The notes under the pieces were generated by a model, which saw nothing but the letters and a program-made list of their open reading frames with translations, did no database searches and was not told the origin of the DNA. A program made the translations under genes and the position numbers. A stretch of DNA of 64,000 bases from a virus, in the IMG/VR virus record IMGVR_UViG_3300046167_000876. One strand, written 5' to 3'. This document shows, piece by piece, positions 23,157-33,068 of this stretch. Numbering within the stretch: the stretch's first letter is position 1; the number at the start of each line of letters is the position of its first letter.

Positions 23157-23702
23157 ATGATTAAATTAGTAGATCTATTAAATGAAATAGATATCCCTAA
23201 AAATAAATGGGTTACTATTCCCGCCTCTGAACTAAAAGACTATAGTGAAGAAATCTATAAATTAATTGACAATGCTTATGCACCAATTGGTGGTCATCCC
23301 AACTATAAATCCGCGGACAATGTATCAGGTAGTGAATCCGATGCAGAATATGAAATAATTGATTTAGACGATGACCCTGAAATTGATGCAGTATCCGCTT
23401 CTAAACTTAAAGCCGCAGGTAAAAAATTTACAGCAACAGGACATGATGGATCTAAACCAGCTAAATCCAGTGTTGTAAATCATAAGGCAAATCAATTAAA
23501 ATCTGGAGGGTATTATGTTGAGGTATCAGGTGTAATAAAAGATATATTTAAAGCTAAAGGTGTAGAAGCTATTGATGATGAAGAATTAGTACGTAAAGTA
23601 CTTAAAGGAAAAGAAATTGAGTGGTTAGGTAATGGAGAATATAAAAGAACAATTGGTGGTAAAGAATTTACCAAAGCATTAATGGGAAAACCAACAGTAT
23701 GA
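23157..23702 (+). CDS. Hypothetical protein with leader MIKLVDLLNE (putative capsid-internal protein)
   Basis: 10-aa leader ending in L-x-E, similar to MISLVQLLRE of the next gene. Confidence 0.55.
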   Translation: MIKLVDLLNEIDIPKNKWVTIPASELKDYSEEIYKLIDNAYAPIGGHPNYKSADNVSGSESDAEYEIIDLDDDPEIDAVSASKLKAAGKKFTATGHDGSKPAKSSVVNHKANQLKSGGYYVEVSGVIKDIFKAKGVEAIDDEELVRKVLKGKEIEWLGNGEYKRTIGGKEFTKALMGKPTV

Positions 23703-24496
23703 TAAGTTTAGTACAATTATTAAGAGAAGCACAAGGTAGCCCAAAAGCGGTTATCTTAGCAGGAGCACCTGGAGCAGGTAAAGGATACATTTTACGTGGT
23801 TTAGACTTAGGAGGTCTAAAAGTAATGAATGTAGATGATATTTATGTTCCTTTACTAAAAAAAGCTAATGTTACATTAGATTTAAAAAATGCAACACCCG
23901 AAGAAAGAAGTGAGCAAGCTAAACAAATGGCAGCCGCTAATAAACAATTCAAAGGTGAAATGGAACAAATAATAGCAGGTAAAGAATCGTTTATATTAGA
24001 TGGTACCGCTGCATCATATAATACCACAGCTAAACTAAAAGCTGAGTTAGATGAAGCGGGATATGATGTGTTTATGCTATACGTGTATACTGATTTAGAA
24101 CGTTCATTAAGCCAAAACCAAGACAGATACGTAAAATCAGGAGGTGAAGATAGAAGTTTAGCACCCGCAATTGTAATGCGTACTTGGAAAAGTGTGACAG
24201 ATAATTTACCTAAATATGAAGAATTATTTGGTAATAATTTTGTAGCAGTAGCTAACACATTAGATGATAGAATGCAAGATATAGATAAAATTATAAAAAA
24301 ATATCTTAAACCATTTACTCCTCAAGGCACTAAACCTAAAACACCAGCTCAGCAAAAGAAATCTGATGAGCGAAAGGCTAAGGACAAAGAAGAAATTCAA
24401 GCTATGTTAGCTGACGATTTTATATATGATGTAATTGAATACACTATGTCTAAGGAAGAAGCACAAATGAGATTAAAACAATTCTTATCTAAATGA
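23699..24496 (+). CDS. Zeta-toxin/AAA_33-like P-loop kinase with leader MISLVQLLRE
   Basis: AVILAGAPGAGKG, NVDD, FILDGT, MLYVYTDLERSLSQN..R. Confidence 0.75.
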   Translation: MISLVQLLREAQGSPKAVILAGAPGAGKGYILRGLDLGGLKVMNVDDIYVPLLKKANVTLDLKNATPEERSEQAKQMAAANKQFKGEMEQIIAGKESFILDGTAASYNTTAKLKAELDEAGYDVFMLYVYTDLERSLSQNQDRYVKSGGEDRSLAPAIVMRTWKSVTDNLPKYEELFGNNFVAVANTLDDRMQDIDKIIKKYLKPFTPQGTKPKTPAQQKKSDERKAKDKEEIQAMLADDFIYDVIEYTMSKEEAQMRLKQFLSK

Positions 24497-26505
24497 GTTT
24501 AGTAAATGAATTAATAAAAGGGTTATTACCTGAAGAGGAAAAAAAGAAGGTAGTAGCAGTATATGGTGGTGGTTTTAAACCACCTACATCTGGTCACTTT
24601 GAAGTTGTAAAGCAAGCACTTAAAGAAAATCCCGAAATAGATGAATTTATTATTTTAATAGGTGGTAAACCAAGAAATGGTATTACACCTGATGAATCTA
24701 TTTTAATTTGGGATATCTATAAAACATACTTACCATTTAAAGTTGAAGTAAAATATACATCAGTACCTCCTATAAAAGGTATTTATAATTATGCTAAAGA
24801 ACACCCAGATGAAGAAGTATTATTCATTATTGGTGCTAGAGAAGGCAATGAAGATGATTTTGCTGATATAGCAACTAGAACAAAATCTTTAGATAAATAC
24901 CCAAATTTAAATTTACGTACTATTGTAACACAAGGTGGTGTTTCAGGTACAGCAGCTAGAAATGCCTCTAAAATATCATTAGATAAATTTAAATCATTTG
25001 TCCCATCTGAATTATCAGATGAAGAAGTTGAACAAGTATATAATATAGTAGCAGATAAAATTCAAGAAAATAAACCACAAGATGGTAAAGCTGCTCCTTA
25101 TGGTTCAGGATATGATGAGGTAGAAGAGGGCAGAAAAAAGAAAAAAGATCCTAAAAAAGGTACAGGCAAAAAACCTAAAAAATCTGAACGTAGATTATAC
25201 ACAGATGAAGATCCAAAAGATACTATTGGTATTAAATTCTCTACTAGACAAGATATAGTTGATACTTTAAATAAAAAATCATTTAAAGCTAAATCACATG
25301 CTAGACAATCTCAGATTATTAATTTAATCCATCAAAGAGTAAGAGCGGCATATGGTAGAGCTAAAGACCCTGCTGTTAAAAAACGTTTAAAAACTGGTTT
25401 AGATTATATTACTAAGAAAAAAGAAGCATCTAAAGCTAAAACACAACGTTTAAAAAAACAAAAACTAAAAGAAAATGCATCATATACTAATAATATTGAT
25501 ATCATGAAAATGATAGATGATTTTACTAGATATATGATATATAATGGAATGAATATTACTCCATTACCTACATTAGAACTTAAGGATGGAGATACAGAAA
25601 ATGCTAAAGATTTTTTTGGTAAAACAGCTTATTATGATCCAAATAAACAACATATTGTTTTATATACAGAAGGTAGACACCCTAAAGATATAGTACGTTC
25701 ATATGCACATGAAATGATACATCATATTCAACATCTAGAAGACAGATTAGGAGATGTAGCAGGTACAGATACAACTAGTTCAGAACATTTAACTAAATTA
25801 GAAAAAGAAGCTAATTTAAAAGGTACAATGACATTTAGAAATTGGACTGATACTATTTTAAATGAAGGTAAGAAAAAAGACCCATTTGGTTTAATGGCAT
25901 ATGCCCAAGAATTAGGTCGTTTAAGAGAGGAAGAAAGCGAATATAAAGTTTATTTAGATATGGATGGTGTATTAGCTGATTTTGATCAACGTTTTAGAGA
26001 TTTATCTGGAATGGAACCACGTGATTTTGAAAACAAGTATGGTAAAAAAGCATTTTGGAACCTTATAGACGAGGAAAATAAAATTAAATTTTGGGTTGGT
26101 ATTCCCATAATGTCCGGTGCTGCTGATTTAGTAGATGCTGTTAAAGATTATAATTATGAATTATTAACATCACCATCAGCTAAAAAGCAATCTTATTTAG
26201 GAAAAATACTTTGGGTAAAAAATCATACAGGTAACGTGTTCCCCTCAAAACCTCGTATTAACTTTAAGAAGGCAAAGGAGAAACACCTTGTTAAACCACA
26301 ATTAGCAAAAACAGATATTCTAATTGATGATAGAGAAGATACAATTGGAAGATGGAATACAGCAGGGGGTACAGGTATAGTATATAAAAACATAGGTCAA
26401 GTATTAAGTGATCTTAAAAAATTAGGTTTAGTGAGTCAAAAATTAGCAGGATTAAAAAAAGAATTTAAAGAAAAAGATGTTGAACCGTTTAAGAAATTTA
26501 AATAA
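24493..26505 (+). CDS. Modular polyprotein: HIGH-type cytidylyl/nucleotidyltransferase, basic domain, HEXXH metallopeptidase-like domain, HAD 5'-nucleotidase. True stop is probably near 26430.
   Basis: YGGGFKPPTSGH..GVSGTAAR; RSYAHEMIHHIQ; VYLDMDGVLADF..LLTSP..ILIDDREDT. Confidence 0.75.
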   Translation: MSLVNELIKGLLPEEEKKKVVAVYGGGFKPPTSGHFEVVKQALKENPEIDEFIILIGGKPRNGITPDESILIWDIYKTYLPFKVEVKYTSVPPIKGIYNYAKEHPDEEVLFIIGAREGNEDDFADIATRTKSLDKYPNLNLRTIVTQGGVSGTAARNASKISLDKFKSFVPSELSDEEVEQVYNIVADKIQENKPQDGKAAPYGSGYDEVEEGRKKKKDPKKGTGKKPKKSERRLYTDEDPKDTIGIKFSTRQDIVDTLNKKSFKAKSHARQSQIINLIHQRVRAAYGRAKDPAVKKRLKTGLDYITKKKEASKAKTQRLKKQKLKENASYTNNIDIMKMIDDFTRYMIYNGMNITPLPTLELKDGDTENAKDFFGKTAYYDPNKQHIVLYTEGRHPKDIVRSYAHEMIHHIQHLEDRLGDVAGTDTTSSEHLTKLEKEANLKGTMTFRNWTDTILNEGKKKDPFGLMAYAQELGRLREEESEYKVYLDMDGVLADFDQRFRDLSGMEPRDFENKYGKKAFWNLIDEENKIKFWVGIPIMSGAADLVDAVKDYNYELLTSPSAKKQSYLGKILWVKNHTGNVFPSKPRINFKKAKEKHLVKPQLAKTDILIDDREDTIGRWNTAGGTGIVYKNIGQVLSDLKKLGLVSQKLAGLKKEFKEKDVEPFKKFK

Positions 26506-27000
26506 CGGGTAATATGGAGAAAAAACTCGTTCTAGTGTTGGATTTACTAAAGCCAGACCAAATTTATAATGAAGGAGATACTTGGGAAGCAAAATGGTCG
26601 CACTTGGACTATAAAAGAAGGTATTAAACAAAATATTACCTAAATTAGATAAAGCTAAAAAAGCAACATATAATGCCCCTACTTTGTCACTAAATGTAGT
26701 AAAATAATGAAACGTTAGATAAACCTTACTTATAATTTTACATAATATTGTTTAATTGTATAGCTAAAGCTGAATAAATAAAAGCGAGTAAATACATGAA
26801 GAAATTAAAAAAATTAAATAAAAATTTTAGATATAGATTAGAAGAATTTAAACAATTTGTTAAAGAAAAAATAAAGAAAGTAATGATTCCTTTGTATCTG
26901 AAAATGGGAGAGTAGAAAAATGGGTAGGTAAAGTTGATAAAACTAGAGCAGATCAATTTACAAAAGATATTATTGAACATTTAAATTCATTTAAAAAATA
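26431..27000 (+). pseudogene. Frame-disrupted gene, probably error-rich sequence, for a protein with possible CxxC-type zinc sites
   Basis: Fragments in shifting frames: LKKEFKEKDVE, EKTRSSVGFTK, YNEGDTWE, GRTWTIKEGIKQNIT, LDKAKK, MPLLC..KC, CLIV/CFNC-like. No intact ORF. Confidence 0.45.
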
Positions 27001-27007
27001 ATTTTAT

Positions 27008-27016
27008 ATATTTATA
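27008..27016 (+). promoter_or_regulatory. Putative late promoter ATATTTATA
   Basis: 16 nt upstream of ATG 27033. Confidence 0.65.
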
Positions 27017-27032
27017 ATAAACATACATTATA

Positions 27033-28739
27033 ATGAAAGATAACTTTGATGTCCATAAATGGAACTATAATAGATACTTAAAAGAAGCAATGGGTCTTGA
27101 TATTGATAAATCAGGAGGAACGGATGATATAGACCAAGATGATATAGATGGGTCTTTAAATGTAACTCGTGGTGGAGATGATCCTAAAATTGGGGCAGAA
27201 GAAGAATCTGATAGTAATGTAGTAGGAGAAAATAAATCTTACCTAGAAAAATTAGCTAAATATTTAAACAAAACATACCCAGAATTAACATGGGAAGTTA
27301 GATTTGGAGAAAGAATTGATGCATATGGTTCCCAAAGTGATTTATTTAAGTTTGGAAATAAATATCATGGTAAAAAATTTGGGGACTACGAAGTATTTCA
27401 CGTAGATGATGATGACAGATTAGATATTGTTCGTGTTGTTAAATCTTCTAAATTAAGAGGAGGTATAAATGAAGCAAGTTATATGTACAAAGGATATAAA
27501 GACAAGCATTTTGATATTTGCCCTGGGGCTGAGGCATTAAGAGATAGATTATTAGCTGGTGAATTTAAAGATAATAATTGGGCTACAGGAACTGATTTTG
27601 AAAAAGAAGTAGGTGAATGGCTTTATCAACATGACGTAATATTTGGTATTGAAAAAAAGATTATAAAAGATAAAGAAGGTGATGAAAGTGATATAGCTAA
27701 AGCTAAAGAAGCTGAAGGTAGAGTTGTTAACTTATCTCGTGATTTAGGTATTCCGGCTTCTGAAATAAATGCTTATCTTCCTGCTCATATTAAAACCATT
27801 AAAGATATGGTTGAGTATAGTTCATTAACTGAAAGTATTAAAGAAACACTTCGTTTTATTAAAGAAAACAACCCAGATTTTACAAACGAGGAAATTAAAG
27901 CTGAACTTAAAGAAATTAAAGCTTTAGGTGAACAGCTAAAAGAAGAAATGTGTAAAAGAGGGAAAAATTATATGGCAGCTAGAAAAAAAGCAGGTGAAAA
28001 ATCTTCAGCTTATCTATCTGGCCGTGCCGTTAAAGTTTGTAAGGGTCAGATTAAAGGATCTGATGGTAAAAAGAAAAAATCATTTGAGTCTTTAAATGAA
28101 GTAAATAATTCTGATATTGTTAAAGCTTTAGCTAAAGTAGTAGACATGGAACCTAAAGATGTTGTAGCTAAAATAAATGCAGATAAAGAGGAAGTAAATG
28201 AAATAGCAATTACAACCGCTATCACTATTGCAGGTCTTCTTCCAGCGGCTATGGAATTAGTAGGTGGTGTTTTTAATAAAGCTAAAAATTCTTTTAAATT
28301 AGATGAAAAAGAAAAAACAGAATATTTAGCATTACAACAATTCTACAAGGAAGCAAAAGATAAAGATGAAAAGAAAAGACTTAAAAAAGAAATGGAACCC
28401 TATGAATCTAAAATAGGAAACTGGTTTAAAGATGCGGGGCATTCTTTACACAAAGCTTATACAACTCCTATTAGAGGGTTACTATGGATGGCTTATAAAC
28501 TTGCACCTAAAGATTCTAAGTTCCATAAATTTTTAAGTGATAAAGAAAACAGAGAGAAAGCAGCTAATGTTATTTATGCTGCTGCAATGATTGGAATAGC
28601 AGGATATGGGGTTGCTTCACATATAGGACATTTAAAAGGTGTATCTGATGTAGCTATTACTATTGCAGATAGTATTAAAGGAGGCAAAAGTGTAAAAGAT
28701 GCTGCTTTAGGTGGTTTAGAATTACTTGGTTTAGTATAA
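27033..28739 (+). CDS. Modular putative internal head polyprotein (leader MKDNFDVHKWNYNRYLKE) with hydrophobic C-terminal domain
   Basis: DNF-type leader; junctions YLKE|, GINE|, SLTE|, QLKE|, SLNE|, EVNE|. Confidence 0.55.
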   Translation: MKDNFDVHKWNYNRYLKEAMGLDIDKSGGTDDIDQDDIDGSLNVTRGGDDPKIGAEEESDSNVVGENKSYLEKLAKYLNKTYPELTWEVRFGERIDAYGSQSDLFKFGNKYHGKKFGDYEVFHVDDDDRLDIVRVVKSSKLRGGINEASYMYKGYKDKHFDICPGAEALRDRLLAGEFKDNNWATGTDFEKEVGEWLYQHDVIFGIEKKIIKDKEGDESDIAKAKEAEGRVVNLSRDLGIPASEINAYLPAHIKTIKDMVEYSSLTESIKETLRFIKENNPDFTNEEIKAELKEIKALGEQLKEEMCKRGKNYMAARKKAGEKSSAYLSGRAVKVCKGQIKGSDGKKKKSFESLNEVNNSDIVKALAKVVDMEPKDVVAKINADKEEVNEIAITTAITIAGLLPAAMELVGGVFNKAKNSFKLDEKEKTEYLALQQFYKEAKDKDEKKRLKKEMEPYESKIGNWFKDAGHSLHKAYTTPIRGLLWMAYKLAPKDSKFHKFLSDKENREKAANVIYAAAMIGIAGYGVASHIGHLKGVSDVAITIADSIKGGKSVKDAALGGLELLGLV

Positions 28740-29014
28740 TGACACAAAATAGGATAACAGAAATAATACGTGAATCTTTAAAAGATTGGTTTGGCAAAGA
28801 AGATTGGGTCCGAATCAATACATCAGGTAATATAGCTGGTAAGTGTGGTACAATGAAAAAAGGCAAAGCTACAACAAGATGCTTGCCTAGAAAGAAAGCA
28901 CAATCACTTACTAAAGCAGAGCGTAAAGCTACTGTAGCTAAAAAAGTACGTGGTAGTAAAAAAGGCAAACAGTTTGTAAAAAACACAGACAAAGCTGAAT
29001 TTAAAAAGAAATAA
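28739..29014 (+). CDS. Small basic phage protein (SLKDWF..EDWV..CG..RCLP type) with leader ending IIRE
   Basis: Motif recognisable from aquatic phage hypothetical proteins. Confidence 0.55.
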   Translation: MTQNRITEIIRESLKDWFGKEDWVRINTSGNIAGKCGTMKKGKATTRCLPRKKAQSLTKAERKATVAKKVRGSKKGKQFVKNTDKAEFKKK

Positions 29015-29015
29015 T

Positions 29016-29792
29016 ATGAAAAAATTTTTAATATTATTATTAGGGTTATTATTAACAGGATGTGGAGTTGGATTTCAATATACAACGTTAAACCATGCTG
29101 GTCATATTGACGGTATTTACTCTTCTAGAGGTTATACATTAGATACTCTAAATGAATTTCAAGTAAGACATAAATTAAGAACTGATTTTAATTTTAGATA
29201 CGATTTTGCACAATATGCTTTATCCCAACCAGCTTCATTTGATTGGAATAATCGTTTACTAGGTAATAGATATAACTGGAATAGACCGTATTGGGGCTAT
29301 AGTTACTATTGGGATAGAACACAAATGTGGAATGATTGGGTTTGGGGTTATCCTTATTCTAATTGGAGTTGGAATAGTTATGGGTGGAATAGTTGGGGAT
29401 GGAATGGATACTATGGCAATAATTGGGGTTGGAGATATCAAATGAATAATTATGCTTGGAATAATAGATATAGAAGAAATACTGTATATGTAAATGGTTA
29501 TAGAACTTCAAACAGAACATCTACTCGTACTGTTTCAAATAATACAAATAGAAGAACAACACCTTCAGTTAATACTAATAATAATAACAGAACTATTAGA
29601 GTAAACAAACCAAGAATTAATAATCCAAGACCTACAATTAATAATAACTCTAGACCAAGGATTAATAATAACTCTAGACCAAGGATTAATAATACTCCCA
29701 GACCAACTCAAACTATAAGAACAACTCCACGTACTTCTACTCGATCTACTAACAATACTACCGTAAGAAGTAATTCTAGGAGAAAAAATTAA
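29016..29792 (+). CDS. Lipoprotein with W/Y/N-rich core and R/N/T/P-rich disordered tail
   Basis: MKKFLILLLGLLLTGC signal peptide and lipobox. Confidence 0.75.
   Translation: MKKFLILLLGLLLTGCGVGFQYTTLNHAGHIDGIYSSRGYTLDTLNEFQVRHKLRTDFNFRYDFAQYALSQPASFDWNNRLLGNRYNWNRPYWGYSYYWDRTQMWNDWVWGYPYSNWSWNSYGWNSWGWNGYYGNNWGWRYQMNNYAWNNRYRRNTVYVNGYRTSNRTSTRTVSNNTNRRTTPSVNTNNNNRTIRVNKPRINNPRPTINNNSRPRINNNSRPRINNTPRPTQTIRTTPRTSTRSTNNTTVRSNSRRKN
29637..29694 (+). repeat. 24-bp tandem repeat attaataataactctagaccaagg (about 2.4 copies; INNNSRPR)
   Basis: Directly visible. Confidence 0.85.
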
Positions 29793-29800
29793 TATTTATA
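29792..29800 (+). promoter_or_regulatory. Putative late promoter ATATTTATA
   Basis: 17 nt upstream of ATG 29818. Confidence 0.65.
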
Positions 29801-29817
29801 AATAAAAATATACAATA

Positions 29818-30645
29818 ATGGACAACTTTAATTATCAAGCTTATCTTAAAAGTGGCAAAATCCACGGAGAAAAAGCAATTTTAACCGAATCAGAACAAGT
29901 TTCTGAAAAAAAATACAAGCAAGGATATGACGATAGAGAAGATGAATCTCTAGGCGCACGTAGAGGTGCTGAAAAAGGCAAAAAACAATCTATGAAAGAT
30001 CGTAGAGACGATTCTTATGGAAAATTTGGCAAACGTGATGCTGAAAAAAAAGGCAAAAACAAAGTTAACAAAGAAAGCTTATCAGAAACTATTGCTGAAG
30101 CTAAAGCTAAAATTGATGAGGGTTCTTACCCATTTGATCAATGTTTGGTTGATAATGAAGGTAAATATGGTAAAAAAGGTGCTGCTAAAGTATGTGGTGC
30201 TATTAAAGCCCAATATGGTGAAGGTATTGTAAATGAAGATGCTAGAACTGATGCTGAACAAGAAGGATATAAAGATGGGTTTGAAGATGCTAAAGATGAT
30301 ATTGAAGGAGCATTAAAGAAAATGAAAGTATCTGAACTTAAAGATAAAATTAAAACTGAAATTCTAAGTAACTTATCAGAAGCTGAAGAAGAAGTAGACG
30401 TTGATATTGATGTTGAAGACGAAGTTGAAGTAGAAGCAGGAGCTGACGATATTGAAATCGAAAGACCAGGAGTTAAAACAACAGTAGATGTTGGTTTATC
30501 CCCAGAAGAAGAAGTAGTACAAGATTCTTTAAAAGCTGCAATGGATGCTGCTAATGAATTAGGTAACCAAAAATTAGCTGATCAAATTGGTAATACAATT
30601 ACTTTCTTTACAAGAGAATTTGTAGTTGGTCAAAATACTGATTAA
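29818..30645 (+). CDS. Putative prohead core/internal protein sharing a module with the scaffold
   Basis: Leader MDNFNYQAYLKSGKI; EDARTDAEQEGYKDGFEDAKDDIE..MKVSE also occurs in ORF 49962-51134. Confidence 0.6.
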   Translation: MDNFNYQAYLKSGKIHGEKAILTESEQVSEKKYKQGYDDREDESLGARRGAEKGKKQSMKDRRDDSYGKFGKRDAEKKGKNKVNKESLSETIAEAKAKIDEGSYPFDQCLVDNEGKYGKKGAAKVCGAIKAQYGEGIVNEDARTDAEQEGYKDGFEDAKDDIEGALKKMKVSELKDKIKTEILSNLSEAEEEVDVDIDVEDEVEVEAGADDIEIERPGVKTTVDVGLSPEEEVVQDSLKAAMDAANELGNQKLADQIGNTITFFTREFVVGQNTD

Positions 30646-30648
30646 TAC

Positions 30649-33066
30649 ATGCTTAACGAACGTAAACTTACGGAAAGAGAACTAGATAAACGTGCTGAAG
30701 TAATTCAAGGTTTGTTGTCCAATAAACGCACACTAGTTAAAAAGTACGGAAAGGATGCGGAAAAAGTAATGTATGGAATCGCAACTAAACAAGCTAAATC
30801 TAAAGTGGAAAACATGAATAAAGAAAAAATTAAAGAATTAATACAACAAGCCATAACTATACCTTCAACCCCTTCTTTAGAAGAAGGTCATGGTTTGGAT
30901 CAAGGTGATTTAGATATTCTACAAAATTTTGTAGACAGATTAGGAGCAAAAGATCGACAAATAAAAAAAATACTTAAGTTTATTCTTAAATCAAACATAT
31001 TACAAGACAAAACAAAAGATTTATCTAAAGGTAAAGTCAATGAAAATAGATATGACCTAGATGATCCTAATTCTCCTTTAAGTAAATTGAATGATAATGA
31101 CAAAGATGTAGCTATACTAAACAATATGACTAAAAAGTATGGTAAAGATGTTGTTTTAATGTGGATGTCAAGTGGAGAATATGGAGGTAGAAAAACCACC
31201 AAATCCGGCATAGAATATGTTTCTGAAGATCTAGATGTAGGACATCAAGACAACGAACCTCACATGCTTAAAAAAGAATTAGCTAGAGCAGGTCAAATGA
31301 TACAAATGCTTTATAGAGCAGTAGATAACTATGATGGTCAAGGTGAAGTAGATTTCCCACAATGGTGGCAAGCTAAAATTATCAAAGCAAATACCATGTT
31401 AGATAGTGCTTTTGATTATTTAGATGGTGAAGAAATGGTGGCTAAAATAGATGCTATGATTGATGGGGCAGATGAAGTTGAAGTGGACATTGATGTTGTT
31501 AATGAAGATGAAGTACAAAAAAGACTTGATGCTGAAAAAGCAATTAAATCAACACTTAAAGATGAAGGTGGAGCCGCTGGTATAAAACCATTAGCTAAAG
31601 CTGTAAAAAAATTAGATATTAGTAAAGATGAACTACTTAAAATGATTAAAAAAGTAGTTGGTGTTGCTAAACATAAACATGGAGATTATATTTCAACCCC
31701 TATAAATGAAAATGTAGATAAAAAATACAGTGATTTCCTATTAGCCTTAAGAGACTCAGGTGTAACTAATATGTTCGGTGCTGCTCCTTACTTACAAACA
31801 GAATTTGGTTTAGATAAAAGAGAAGCAAGAGAAATCTTAGCTAACTGGATGAAATCATTTAATGAAGGAATCGACTATGATGAAGCTTTAACATTAAGAG
31901 GAATGTTAGCTGATTTAAAGAAAGAAAGAGAGCAATTATTTAGAGACATGGAGCAAGAAGCTGAACCAGAAGGTGGGCCAATTGCTGATAGATACGGTGA
32001 TGAATTAAATAAAGTTGAAGACCGTATGTATAAAATTGCCAAACAACTTCGTGATTATGATATGAATGAATCACAAGAAGTAAAAGAAAATTATACCAAA
32101 GAAAAACTACTAAAAAAATTAGGCGATGCAGACGATGCTCGTATTCAAACTGGTAATGGAAGAGAATATATAGTATACAATCCTAACTCTAATAATGATG
32201 ATAATGCTGCTATGTGGCATGATGACTCAGTATTCGCTGTTGATCAAGACGGAGGCGAACATGAAATAAATTATAGCGATATAGGGTTAGTTATGGTAGA
32301 GGAATCATTAAACGAAGCAATGGATGGTGGTCGATTATTTGATTACTTTAATAAAAAATATGTAGTAGATGATCATTTTCATAGTGATGATAGTTACATT
32401 GTTAAAAGAGAACCATCTGGAAAAGATCAATATGTAATATTTGATTACGATAAAGATAAAGATCAATTCCAAATTAGACAAATGGGTGGTTATAGAATCG
32501 ATCAAAAAGATGCTATTAAAGCTGGAATGAGAGAAACAGGTATTACACGTGTTGCTGGGATAGATTCTTATATGGTAGATGGTAATTACTCACCAACTCC
32601 TATTTCAATTGAAGGTTTAAAAGATATAGTTGATCATGTAATGGGTGGTTTAAGTAGAGAAGCAGCTGCTCAACAAGATTATTATGCTAGAAGAGGTAAA
32701 ACTTCAGGTACTATAGATGAAAAAATATCTAATGCGGTAAAAGAAAAACTAACCAAATCATCTTCAGTAGAAGATCATGTTGAAGATTTTAAAGATTCAG
32801 ATGCACCTCAATTTAAAGGTAAATCATTAAAGAAAATCAAGCAAATGGCTTTAGCATCATTTTTATCAAAACAAGGTAAAAAAAAAGTAGCTGAAGGGTT
32901 TAAAGTAGGTCAAAAAGTAACTTATCTAGGACACCCAGCTGAAATCACTAAAGTTAACAAAGAAATGACTGGTGCTACTACTTATAATGTATTATATGAT
33001 AAGGGTAATGGTAAAACTAAAGCATCAAACCTTTATAATAAAGGTGGTGAAATAAAAGCTGTATAA
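30649..33066 (+). CDS. 805-aa modular putative internal head polyprotein
   Basis: About ten short unrelated segments delimited by MLNE|, SLEE|, KVNE|, YVSE|, VVNE|, PINE|, SFNE|, DMNE|, SLNE|, AVKE|, KVAE|. Confidence 0.55.
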   Translation: MLNERKLTERELDKRAEVIQGLLSNKRTLVKKYGKDAEKVMYGIATKQAKSKVENMNKEKIKELIQQAITIPSTPSLEEGHGLDQGDLDILQNFVDRLGAKDRQIKKILKFILKSNILQDKTKDLSKGKVNENRYDLDDPNSPLSKLNDNDKDVAILNNMTKKYGKDVVLMWMSSGEYGGRKTTKSGIEYVSEDLDVGHQDNEPHMLKKELARAGQMIQMLYRAVDNYDGQGEVDFPQWWQAKIIKANTMLDSAFDYLDGEEMVAKIDAMIDGADEVEVDIDVVNEDEVQKRLDAEKAIKSTLKDEGGAAGIKPLAKAVKKLDISKDELLKMIKKVVGVAKHKHGDYISTPINENVDKKYSDFLLALRDSGVTNMFGAAPYLQTEFGLDKREAREILANWMKSFNEGIDYDEALTLRGMLADLKKEREQLFRDMEQEAEPEGGPIADRYGDELNKVEDRMYKIAKQLRDYDMNESQEVKENYTKEKLLKKLGDADDARIQTGNGREYIVYNPNSNNDDNAAMWHDDSVFAVDQDGGEHEINYSDIGLVMVEESLNEAMDGGRLFDYFNKKYVVDDHFHSDDSYIVKREPSGKDQYVIFDYDKDKDQFQIRQMGGYRIDQKDAIKAGMRETGITRVAGIDSYMVDGNYSPTPISIEGLKDIVDHVMGGLSREAAAQQDYYARRGKTSGTIDEKISNAVKEKLTKSSSVEDHVEDFKDSDAPQFKGKSLKKIKQMALASFLSKQGKKKVAEGFKVGQKVTYLGHPAEITKVNKEMTGATTYNVLYDKGNGKTKASNLYNKGGEIKAV

Positions 33067-33068
33067 TA

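Noticed and set aside
23699-24496. Epsilon-zeta toxin-antitoxin pair with ORF 23157
   Set aside because: The upstream ORF shows no recognisable epsilon/PezA features. Only the generic P-loop kinase fold is supported.
26431-27000. Stop-codon reassignment or an intron explaining the ORF gap
   Set aside because: The disruptions are frame changes rather than in-frame TAG/TGA. TAG and TGA end intact genes elsewhere (44000, 52831, 19431).
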